DNA from: Candidatus Bathyarchaeia archaeon
Lineage (GTDB): Archaea > Thermoproteota > Bathyarchaeia > Bathyarchaeales > Bathycorpusculaceae
Direction: 5' to 3'
Length of the DNA stretch: 19,891 bases
Assembly (NCBI GenBank): GCA_038883715.1
Contig: JAVZLS010000018.1
Coordinates: forward strand, 1-19,891
Shown here: in pieces, positions 1 through 7,270 of the stretch
Layout of the letters: the number at the start of each line of letters is the position of its first letter
Numbering within the stretch: the stretch's first letter is position 1
The notes under the pieces: generated by a model
Databases searched by the model: none
What the model was told of the DNA's origin: nothing
Seen by the model: only the letters and a program-made list of their open reading frames with translations
Made by a program: the position numbers and the translations under genes

Positions 1-2027
1 TTGAAGTTGCCCACAAAACCGCTGACTTCAACGACTTCTGCGCCCAAATAGACGTGGATAAGCTTGTTCTCCATAACAGCCTTAACAAGCCTCTTCAAGT
101 GCTTTTGCGGGTCTTCACCCTCAAGCAAATAATAGATTTTCCTCAAGTGTCCGCCAAGCTCTTTTTCGCGTTCTACCAAGTGAACCTCAAAGCCTTGATT
201 AGCCAACTCCAGTGCTGCAGTCATCCCTGAAACGCCGCCGCCGATAACGAGGGCTACTGGAGTGACGTTTACGGTCGGGTTCTTCAATGGCTTTAAGAGT
301 CTTGCCTTTGCAACAACTGAGCGGACAAGGTCTTTGGCTTTTTCCGTTGCCTCTTCTGGCTCGTGCATGTGAACCCAGCTGCACTGGTCTCGGATGTTTG
401 CCATCTCAAAAAGGTAGGGGTTTAATCCGGCCTCGCGGACGGTTTCGCGGAAAAGCGGCTCGTGGGTTCTGGGCGTGCATGAAGCCACAACAACACGATT
501 TAGGTTGTACTCCTTAATCTTCTCCCTAATCCGCTTTTGAGTGTCATCTGAACAGGTGTAAAGGTTTTCTTCAGCATAAACAACGGTTGGAAGCTTCTTA
601 GCGTATTCAACAACTTCTGGAACGCGCACTATGCCGCCGATGTTTATGCCACAGTGGCATATGAAAACTCCTATGCGGGGTTCCTCTTGGCTTACGTCCC
701 TTTCAGGCGGGTACTCCTTAGCAGCAATAAGTTTGCCACGTTCGGGAGCGATTATTGCCATGGCCTTTGCTGCGGCGCCACTTGCTTGGGCAACGCTTTC
801 CGGAATGTCCTTCGGCGAACTGAAGGCTCCGCAAACAAATATGCCGGGCTTCGAGGTTTCCAAGGGTGTGAAGGCGTTGGTTTCGCAGAAACGGTACTTG
901 TTAAGCTTTATCCCAAGCGCTTTAGCCAGTTTCTCCACATCTTTTGGCGGCTGCATGCCCGTGGATAATACAACCATGTCGAATTCTTCAATTCTCGGAG
1001 TCTCATCCTCGCCAACATAATGGACAAGCAGATTGCCAGTTGCTGGGTCCTCTGTTATGCTTGCAACCCTTGAACGAACAAAGCGTATGCCATACTCCTC
1101 CTGGGCACGCTTATAGTAGGCGTCAAACTCCTTCCCATAAGCCCTTATGTCCATGTAGAAAATTGTGCAGTCCAGCTTTGTCGGCACATGCTCCTTGGCT
1201 ATGATGGCTTCTTTAATGCTGTACATACAACAAGCGGCAGAACAATAATTGTTTCCAAGCTGGGCATCCCGCGAACCAACACACTGGACGAAGGCAATTT
1301 TCCGCGGAATCTCGCCGTCTGAAGGTCTCAAAACAACTCCGCCATATGGCCCGGAAGCGCTTAGGATACGCTCAAACTCTATGCTCGTCACAACATTTGC
1401 GTATCGCCCATAACCATATTCACTTTTCAACCGCGCATCAAAAGGTTCAAATCCCGGAGCCAGAATCACCGCGCCAACATTTAACATTATTTCGCTGTCC
1501 TTCTGGTCATATTCAACGGCGTTCGCCTTACAAACCTCTTGGCATGTCCTACAACCGATGCATTTTTCTCGGTCTATCTTGAAGCGTAGCGGAACCGCTT
1601 GCGGAAATTCCACGTATACGGCGCTTCTGTCCGTCAAACCCTTATTGTAGGTGTCTATGGCTTCAACTGGGCATTTTTGTGCACAAAGACCGCAACCGTT
1701 GCATTTCTCTTCGTTTATGTAGCGGCTTCTTTTTCGAATCTTCACTTCGAAGTTTCCAGCCTCGCCTTTCAAGTCCAAAACTTCGCTGTTCGTAATCAAC
1801 GAGATGTTAGGATGCCTCCCAGCAGCAACAAGCTTAGGAGCCAAAATGCACATGGAACAATCGTTTGTCGGGAAAGTCTTGTCAAGCTGAGCCATAACGC
1901 CGCCAATACTGGGCGACTGATCAACCATATACACCTTAAAGCCAGAATCCGCCAAGTCCAAAGCAGCCTGTATCCCAGCAACGCCGCCGCCGACGACCAG
2001 CACTGCGCCAACCTTTCCTTCAGCCAT
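1..2027 (-). CDS. hdrA: Large tandem heterodisulfide reductase subunit A family protein (HdrA/HdrL-type), 3' end truncated by the window edge
   Basis: Not in the ORF track because there is no stop in the window. Hand translation from ATG 2027 is open for 675 codons to base 3: MAEGKVGAVLVVGGGVAGIQAALDLA (FAD Rossmann), DKTFPTNDCSMCI, CNGCGLCAQKCP and CIGCRTCQEVC (2x[4Fe-4S]), QCVGSRD, YCSAACCMYSIK, PKDIPESV, then IGVFICHCG...YTCS...VASCTPRTHE...IRDQCSWVH and a second ALVIGGGVSGMTAALELA. GGAGGTG SD just upstream. Confidence 0.95.
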   Translation of the reverse strand, partial: MAEGKVGAVLVVGGGVAGIQAALDLADSGFKVYMVDQSPSIGGVMAQLDKTFPTNDCSMCILAPKLVAAGRHPNISLITNSEVLDLKGEAGNFEVKIRKRSRYINEEKCNGCGLCAQKCPVEAIDTYNKGLTDRSAVYVEFPQAVPLRFKIDREKCIGCRTCQEVCKANAVEYDQKDSEIMLNVGAVILAPGFEPFDARLKSEYGYGRYANVVTSIEFERILSASGPYGGVVLRPSDGEIPRKIAFVQCVGSRDAQLGNNYCSAACCMYSIKEAIIAKEHVPTKLDCTIFYMDIRAYGKEFDAYYKRAQEEYGIRFVRSRVASITEDPATGNLLVHYVGEDETPRIEEFDMVVLSTGMQPPKDVEKLAKALGIKLNKYRFCETNAFTPLETSKPGIFVCGAFSSPKDIPESVAQASGAAAKAMAIIAPERGKLIAAKEYPPERDVSQEEPRIGVFICHCGINIGGIVRVPEVVEYAKKLPTVVYAEENLYTCSDDTQKRIREKIKEYNLNRVVVASCTPRTHEPLFRETVREAGLNPYLFEMANIRDQCSWVHMHEPEEATEKAKDLVRSVVAKARLLKPLKNPTVNVTPVALVIGGGVSGMTAALELANQGFEVHLVEREKELGGHLRKIYYLLEGEDPQKHLKRLVKAVMENKLIHVYLGAEVVEVSGFVGNF

Positions 2028-2029
2028 CT

Positions 2030-2773
2030 TTATCGCACCTCCAAAGCCTTATACAAAGGCGTATAACCTTCAACATGGTCTAGGGCTATCATGCCCTTCC
2101 GCCTCATGTTCGTTATATGCCTCAAAACAGCAGAAGGCTTTATCCCGAGAATTTGGGCTAACTCCTTAACAGAGCGGGGCTTAATCCTCGCCAAGTGGTG
2201 GATTTTGTAGCGGATGAACTCAGCCCTAACAATATCATCTAATAGGGCGTCAAACTCCGTTTCTGGGATTTTCTCGCCATAAGCGTTCATAAATTCGGTT
2301 AGCTCTTCCTCTCTTCCAAGTAAAACGCGAAGCCTAAAGGCTGAAGCCGCCTCCTTAGCTGCTGTGAGATTGGCTACAATCTCCTCTTTGCTGAGCGGAG
2401 AATTTCCAAGCTTCCAAACCTCTTCGGAGAACACTTTGGCGTAGTGACTGAAGCTTTTGTCTTCTAACGGTGAGACTAACAGGAGCTTCAGTCGTTCAGG
2501 CTCAAGTCCAGCCAATGCCAGCAACTTCTTCAACATTTTAACGGCGCGTTCAGCATGGAGGTTGCCATCAACAAAGTGGCAGTCTGGAGGCTTACACCCA
2601 ACAAGCAACACGCCTTCAGCCCCATTGACAAAAGTTTCCAGAACCAGCGCTGGGTCCATTCTTCCAACACACATAACGCGGATAACATTAACATTGTAAG
2701 GAACACGCAGCTCTTCTTCGCAGAAGGCCCAATTACACATGAAACAAACAATTTTTGGAGGGTTAGACTCCAT
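2030..2773 (-). CDS. mvhD: MvhD/FlpD-type [2Fe-2S] protein fused to a C-terminal ArsR-like winged helix-turn-helix
   Basis: N-terminal CNW...IRVMCVGR...GVLLVGCKPPDCHF...GLEPERL is the MvhD signature. C-terminal RYKIHHLARIKPRSVKELAQILGIKPSAVLRHITNMRRKGMI...GYTPLY fits a wHTH pattern. Confidence 0.85.
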   Translation of the reverse strand: MESNPPKIVCFMCNWAFCEEELRVPYNVNVIRVMCVGRMDPALVLETFVNGAEGVLLVGCKPPDCHFVDGNLHAERAVKMLKKLLALAGLEPERLKLLLVSPLEDKSFSHYAKVFSEEVWKLGNSPLSKEEIVANLTAAKEAASAFRLRVLLGREEELTEFMNAYGEKIPETEFDALLDDIVRAEFIRYKIHHLARIKPRSVKELAQILGIKPSAVLRHITNMRRKGMIALDHVEGYTPLYKALEVR

Positions 2774-2780
2774 TTCTATT

Positions 2781-4496
2781 TCACCTCTCCAAGGCTGTTA
2801 AAACCATTGTGAGAATTTGCTCGTTGGAAAGCTTCTTCATAATTATGGCTCTTTCTGGACAACGTGCCGCACAAAGCCCACAGCCCTTGCAAAGGTCTTC
2901 ATTTACTTGGGCTACACCCTTCTCGTTCTTTTTGATGGCGCCAACTGGGCAGATAACTGCGCAGACATTGCAGCCCACGCATTTGCCCTCATCCACAGCA
3001 GCCTTGTCACCCTCACACAAGTCCATGTTTGCGAGGCACTCCGCACATGGTCCACAACCCAGACAGCGGAAAGCTTCAAACCTTGCTTGACGCTTTAGCT
3101 TTTCAAGATACTCCCTTGCCTCTTCAAAACTTAGGTGGGGCTTCTCTATTGGAGCGTCGTATCGGCGCTCTTTCTTGTCCAGCAACCGCCAGTCCTTAAC
3201 CCACGTGGTTTCCTCAATCTTCTCTTCTTCCCTATCCTTCCGCAGGTCCTCGCCCCTCAAATAACGGTGTATGGAAACCGCTGCACGTTTACCAGCACCA
3301 ACAGCCTCAATGATGCTCGCCGGACCAGTGGCAACATCCCCACCAGCAAAAATCCCCGGAACATTAGTTTCCAATGTCATGGGGTCCACTTGCAGTGGTG
3401 GTCCCCGCTTCTCTTTGCTTATAAGCTCGGGCGGCAAAACAGACGTTTCAACAATCTGTCCAAGAGCCGGGATGACCATGTCCACCTCATATTGATGTTC
3501 TGAAAAGGCAATCGGTATTGGGCGTCTTCTCCCAGTTTCATCAGGCTCGCCCAAGCGCATTCTCAAGCATTCAACAGCCTTAACCCGCCCATTTTCGCCT
3601 ATAATCTGCTTAGGAGCCACCAAGAAATAGAACTTTATCCCATCCTTCTCGGCAAGCTCCACTTCGTGGGGTAGCGCCGGCATCTCCTCGCGAGAACGCC
3701 TATATAGAATTATAACCTCCTTGGCGCCAAGCTTCTTAGCCATTCTTGCAGCGTCTATGGCTGTGTTGCCGCCACCAATAACGGCTACTCTTTCGCCAAC
3801 AGTTATTTTCTTGCCCAGAGCTATGGCCCTTAAAAAGTCTACAGCGTTTATTACGCCTTCTAAGTCTTCGCCTGGCACGTTTAACTTCATGCCCAATTGT
3901 GTGCCAATGGCAAAGAAAATTGCCTTATAACCATCCTTCTTAAGGCTTTCAATGGTTATGTCCTTGCCGAACTCAATGCCAGTTCTAATTTCAACGCCTA
4001 TATCCTTAATGTAGGCTATTTCATTTTCAACAACAAATTTTTCTAGGCGGAAGTCTGGTATGCAATAGCGCATCATGCCGCCAGGCTCAGCCATCCGCTC
4101 AAAAACAGTAACCGGATAACCCAGCTTCGCAAGTTCATAAGCCGCTGTCAAACCAGCTGGTCCAGCACCTATTATGGCTATTCTCTCGCTGTACTTCTTT
4201 GGCACTGGCTCAGCAACAACTCTTCCTTGTTCGCGTTCGATGTCTGCCACGAGCCTCTTTAAGGCGCGTATAGCCACCGCCTGGTCAAGGTTTACCCTTG
4301 CGCATGCATCTTCGCATGGGCTGAAGCAAACCCTTCCACAGATGGCGGGGAAGGGCATGTCCCGCCTTATGACTTCAACAGCTTCCTTAAACTTGCCTCT
4401 CTGGATAAGAGCCACATAAGCTTGAACGTTCACATGTGCTGGACATGCTGCTCGACAAGGAGGTAATTTCCTAACCTCTTGTAATGGCTTTTCCAT
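2781..4496 (-). CDS. GltD/NfnB-like FAD-dependent NAD(P)H oxidoreductase with C-terminal 2x[4Fe-4S] ferredoxin domain
   Basis: PPCRAACP...CGRVCFSPCEDAC Fe-S motifs; IIGAGPAGL (FAD); VIGGGNTAID and YRRS (NADPH-type site); FAGGD; RCLGCGPCAEC; CVGCNVCAVICP and CKGCGLCAARCP. Start is ATG 4496 (AGGCTGA SD-like upstream) or ATG 4523 as in the ORF track. Confidence 0.88.
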   Translation of the reverse strand: MEKPLQEVRKLPPCRAACPAHVNVQAYVALIQRGKFKEAVEVIRRDMPFPAICGRVCFSPCEDACARVNLDQAVAIRALKRLVADIEREQGRVVAEPVPKKYSERIAIIGAGPAGLTAAYELAKLGYPVTVFERMAEPGGMMRYCIPDFRLEKFVVENEIAYIKDIGVEIRTGIEFGKDITIESLKKDGYKAIFFAIGTQLGMKLNVPGEDLEGVINAVDFLRAIALGKKITVGERVAVIGGGNTAIDAARMAKKLGAKEVIILYRRSREEMPALPHEVELAEKDGIKFYFLVAPKQIIGENGRVKAVECLRMRLGEPDETGRRRPIPIAFSEHQYEVDMVIPALGQIVETSVLPPELISKEKRGPPLQVDPMTLETNVPGIFAGGDVATGPASIIEAVGAGKRAAVSIHRYLRGEDLRKDREEEKIEETTWVKDWRLLDKKERRYDAPIEKPHLSFEEAREYLEKLKRQARFEAFRCLGCGPCAECLANMDLCEGDKAAVDEGKCVGCNVCAVICPVGAIKKNEKGVAQVNEDLCKGCGLCAARCPERAIIMKKLSNEQILTMVLTALER

Positions 4497-4540
4497 CAAG
4501 GTTATCAGCCTTCTTAGAAGCATATTTGAATGTTAAACCA

Positions 4541-4601
4541 GATATATTAAGCCATCTAAACCAAACTTAACACAAAATTAACATAAAATTTCAACATAAA
4601 A
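4541..4601 (-). promoter_or_regulatory. Putative promoter of the oxidoreductase-mvhD::HTH-hdrA operon with upstream ~11-bp periodic repeats
   Basis: TTAATATATC on the minus strand at 4541-4550 (TATA-like). Upstream of it lie AAACCAAACTT (4558), AACACAAAATT (4569), AACATAAAATT (4580) and AACATAAAA (4593), given on the plus strand. Confidence 0.45.
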
Positions 4602-4620
4602 AGAGGGGAAATAGAGGGTT

Positions 4621-5211
4621 TTATTCGCGAAGTCTTCCTTCGAGTTTGCTAACCCACTTGTTATATTCCCTAGAGCTTAGAAGGCTTTTGAGCTCCTCCT
4701 CAAGCGTCAAGGAGTTTTTGGGCTTGATCTCGACTATCCAGCCCTCGCCATATGGATCTTCGTTTACTAAGTAAGGCTTATCCTTCAATTTTTCGTTAAC
4801 CTTAACAATTTTGCCGCTTACGGGCGCGTATAAATCAAACATAAACATCCAAGTTTCAGCCACACCAAAGGGCTCCATTTTGGCAACTTCCTTCCCAACG
4901 GGTTCGGTCATTATGTTTGCAATGCCTTTAAGGTGCCTCTGGGCGTAGTCTGAAACACCCACACGGATGTTTCCTTCAGAAGTTATTTGCGCCCATGTGT
5001 GCTTCGGCGTGTACAGTAACTGCTCCGGAATAGCCAAAAGCTCTTCACGTTTTGCGGCTGGAATTCCCTCAGCCCGCATTAGCTCTTCTAAGCGCAGCCT
5101 TATGGCTTCTGAGACAAATTCTGATATGCTTCTGTATCGTCCTGTTCTTAGTAGTCTCTCGATTTCTTTTATTAGCTCTTGCCTTATGCTTACGGTTTTC
5201 CATTCAGACAT
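4621..5211 (-). CDS. Ribbon-helix-helix (CopG-like) DNA-binding domain fused to a glycine-cleavage H-protein-like domain lacking the lipoyl lysine
   Basis: N-terminal WKTVSIRQELIKEIERLLRTGRYRSISEFVSEAIRLRLE is an RHH pattern. C-terminal LLYTPKHTW...VGVSDYAQ...LYAPVSGKIVKVN...VNEDPYGEGWIVEIK is the GcvH fold. GGAGGTTGA SD upstream. Confidence 0.88.
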   Translation of the reverse strand: MSEWKTVSIRQELIKEIERLLRTGRYRSISEFVSEAIRLRLEELMRAEGIPAAKREELLAIPEQLLYTPKHTWAQITSEGNIRVGVSDYAQRHLKGIANIMTEPVGKEVAKMEPFGVAETWMFMFDLYAPVSGKIVKVNEKLKDKPYLVNEDPYGEGWIVEIKPKNSLTLEEELKSLLSSREYNKWVSKLEGRLRE

Positions 5212-5337
5212 TTCACATCAACCTCCTTTACATCTGCGTGATATATAGAGCAAAGCGAAAAATATATATCTAACGTAAATAGAAAATATAGAATAAATAA
5301 ATGTGTTAAAGTAAATACTATAAATAGAGGGAAGCCT
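5212..5337. promoter_or_regulatory. AT-rich divergent promoter region between the RHH-GcvH gene and the PhoU-family regulator
   Basis: 126-bp intergenic region between divergent genes, with several TATA-like tracts (ATATATAG, AATATATATC, TATAAATA). Confidence 0.6.
5275..5289 (+). repeat. 15-bp motif GTAAATAGAAAATAT, copy 1
   Basis: Exact match to 13615-13629. Both copies are intergenic, in the same orientation, upstream of minus-strand genes. Confidence 0.75.
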
Positions 5338-6411
5338 TTGGAAATTAGAAAAGTTCAAAGAGTAGGCCACTCAACAATGACCGTTTCGCTTCCAAACGAG
5401 TGGATTAAAGAACAAGGCATAAAGCCGCGAGACCTCCTATTCATAATGCCAGAAAGGGACGGCTCCCTAAAAATAATGCCAAGGCACGTAGCCCAAAAAG
5501 AGGAAGCCGAAGAATACATTGTCAATGCAGATGCATGCGACGAGCCGGGAATGCTTGAAAGAATAATTGTTGGAAGCTACATTCTCGGGCGAGATGTCAT
5601 AAGGGTAATCTCAACAAGCCGCATAGGCAAAAACCACATAGACGAAGTTCGAAGAATAGTTCAAAAACTTATTGGGTTGGGCATCCTTGAAGAGACTCCC
5701 AAAAGCATACTCTTGCAGTGCTCCATAGACTCCACGAAGTTTAAGCTCGACATGCTCATACGGAGGCTTGCCCTAATAGCTTCAACAATACTTTCTGAGG
5801 CTATGCAGGGCTTTAAGGAGAAAAAATATGACATTGTGGAGGAAGCCATAGCCAGAGAAGACGAGGCCGATAAAATCTACTATTTGGCGGTGCGTCTGCT
5901 TCTTTCCGCGCAAGTAAAACCAGCCATAGCCGAAGAGGTCGGCATGGTGGACGTACTTTTTATACCTGCTGCAAGGCTGATTCTGCAGTATTTGGAGCTG
6001 GTAGCAGATTATTCCGAGGACTTAGCCAAGGAGGTTCTTGAAATGGAGATTTACAGAAATAGGCTTCCAGAGGATGTTGTTGACAGAATATTCCATTTAA
6101 GCGAGCTAACCCAGACAATTCTTCAGAAGGCTATTGAGTGCATCTTCACAAGGGATTTGAAGGTTGCAAACCAGCTTCTGGAAATGAGAAAGGTGCTTGA
6201 GGTGGACTCGAATAGGCTTATGAGGGAAGCTCCAGAAATCCCCTATGTAAGGTCTATTCTCTCCTGCCTAAGCAAGATTGCCGACAAAGGCGCCACAATA
6301 GCTGAAATAGCCATAAACAGAGCCTTAGAAGATCCGAGTAAGTATGTTGGCGATGTTGTCCGGGCAGTTAAGCATGTTAGAACTCTGCCATTGACTATTG
6401 GAAAGAAATAG
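5338..6411 (+). CDS. Archaeal PhoU-family regulator with N-terminal AbrB/SpoVT-like DNA-binding domain
   Basis: MEIRKVQRVGHSTMTVSLPNEWIKEQGIKPRD (AbrB-like N-terminus typical of archaeal phosphate uptake regulators); two PhoU helical repeats (REDEADKIY...LELVADYSEDLA; LSKIADKGATIAE). TTG start. Confidence 0.85.
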   Translation: MEIRKVQRVGHSTMTVSLPNEWIKEQGIKPRDLLFIMPERDGSLKIMPRHVAQKEEAEEYIVNADACDEPGMLERIIVGSYILGRDVIRVISTSRIGKNHIDEVRRIVQKLIGLGILEETPKSILLQCSIDSTKFKLDMLIRRLALIASTILSEAMQGFKEKKYDIVEEAIAREDEADKIYYLAVRLLLSAQVKPAIAEEVGMVDVLFIPAARLILQYLELVADYSEDLAKEVLEMEIYRNRLPEDVVDRIFHLSELTQTILQKAIECIFTRDLKVANQLLEMRKVLEVDSNRLMREAPEIPYVRSILSCLSKIADKGATIAEIAINRALEDPSKYVGDVVRAVKHVRTLPLTIGKK

Positions 6412-6502
6412 CTTTCGAAAGTTAATGCTATAATTCAGCTACGCTTAAAGTAACAAAGTTAAATAATATGAAATGTAAAAATAATATTTAGAGGAAGACG
6501 TC

Positions 6503-6967
6503 ATGAGCGATGATTTTGAAGAGGCTTTAAGGAATATAGACGTCTTCTGCAAAGTTTTAGCCAAAAAACTGGTGGAAAGCCTTAAAGAAGAAGAAAGCAA
6601 GGGAGAAAACCCCCTAGAGCCTATGGAAAGGCTATTGAAAAGAAAGTATGTTATTGAGGAAAGGTTCGAGGAAAGCCCAACCGTCAAACATTTTATTCCA
6701 TTGCCCCATGTTGAGGAACCTTTAATAGACATTTTTGAAGACGAAAATTATGTTAAAGTTTTGATGCAGTGCCGCTGCAAAGACCAACGGGTAACGCTTA
6801 ACAAATTTGATGACGGCTTACAGATATGCCTAGAAAACACTTGTTGGAAACTTAACCTTCCAGTTAATGAGTTGCAAGTTGAAAACATGGTCATGAAGTG
6901 CAACAATAATAAGGCTTTAGAGGTTGAAATTCCGAAGCTAAAGACAACCGTGAACTATAGGAATTAG
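6503..6967 (+). CDS. Divergent Hsp20/alpha-crystallin-like small heat-shock protein, Cys-rich
   Basis: EEPLIDIFEDENYVKVL resembles the start of the archaeal sHSP domain and NNKALEVEIPK resembles the NGVLEV.IPK end motif. 154 aa, 6 Cys. Confidence 0.6.
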   Translation: MSDDFEEALRNIDVFCKVLAKKLVESLKEEESKGENPLEPMERLLKRKYVIEERFEESPTVKHFIPLPHVEEPLIDIFEDENYVKVLMQCRCKDQRVTLNKFDDGLQICLENTCWKLNLPVNELQVENMVMKCNNNKALEVEIPKLKTTVNYRN

Positions 6968-6977
6968 GCGCAAAGTT

Positions 6978-7175
6978 CTAAACAGCCACGCCCTTCTGTT
7001 TAATCCTCCGTCGGCAAGCCTCTTCTTCAGCACATTTTGCACAAGTGTAAATAACATCAAACTCGCTTTTAGTCGGGTTTTCAGGATTAACAATGAATAC
7101 GAAGCATTCCTCACCCTTTTTAATAACTCCGCCGCAGCAAAAGCATTTATGCTCCTTAAGGGCTGTAATCTTCAT
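6978..7175 (-). CDS. Small putative zinc-finger protein (~65 aa)
   Basis: CFCCGGVIKKGEEC...TCAKC. Likely start ATG 7175 after GAGGG; the ORF track extends it to 7220. Confidence 0.6.
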   Translation of the reverse strand: MKITALKEHKCFCCGGVIKKGEECFVFIVNPENPTKSEFDVIYTCAKCAEEEACRRRIKQKGVAV

Positions 7176-7270
7176 TTTAACGCCCTCAAAACCATATGCC
7201 ACCTCGTCAGCTTTTAACACTTTCTAACAGAATTGGGAAAAAATTATTTTTAGAAAAGTTTGAAAGTATT

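Noticed and set aside
1-2027. Apparent non-coding or pseudogene region filled with short ORFs in the track
   Set aside because: A continuous minus-strand HdrA frame covers it. It was omitted from the track only because its stop codon lies outside the window.
4621-5211. Calling this gene gcvH (functional glycine cleavage H protein)
   Set aside because: The lipoyl Lys is absent, an RHH domain is fused, and no other gcv genes are in the window.
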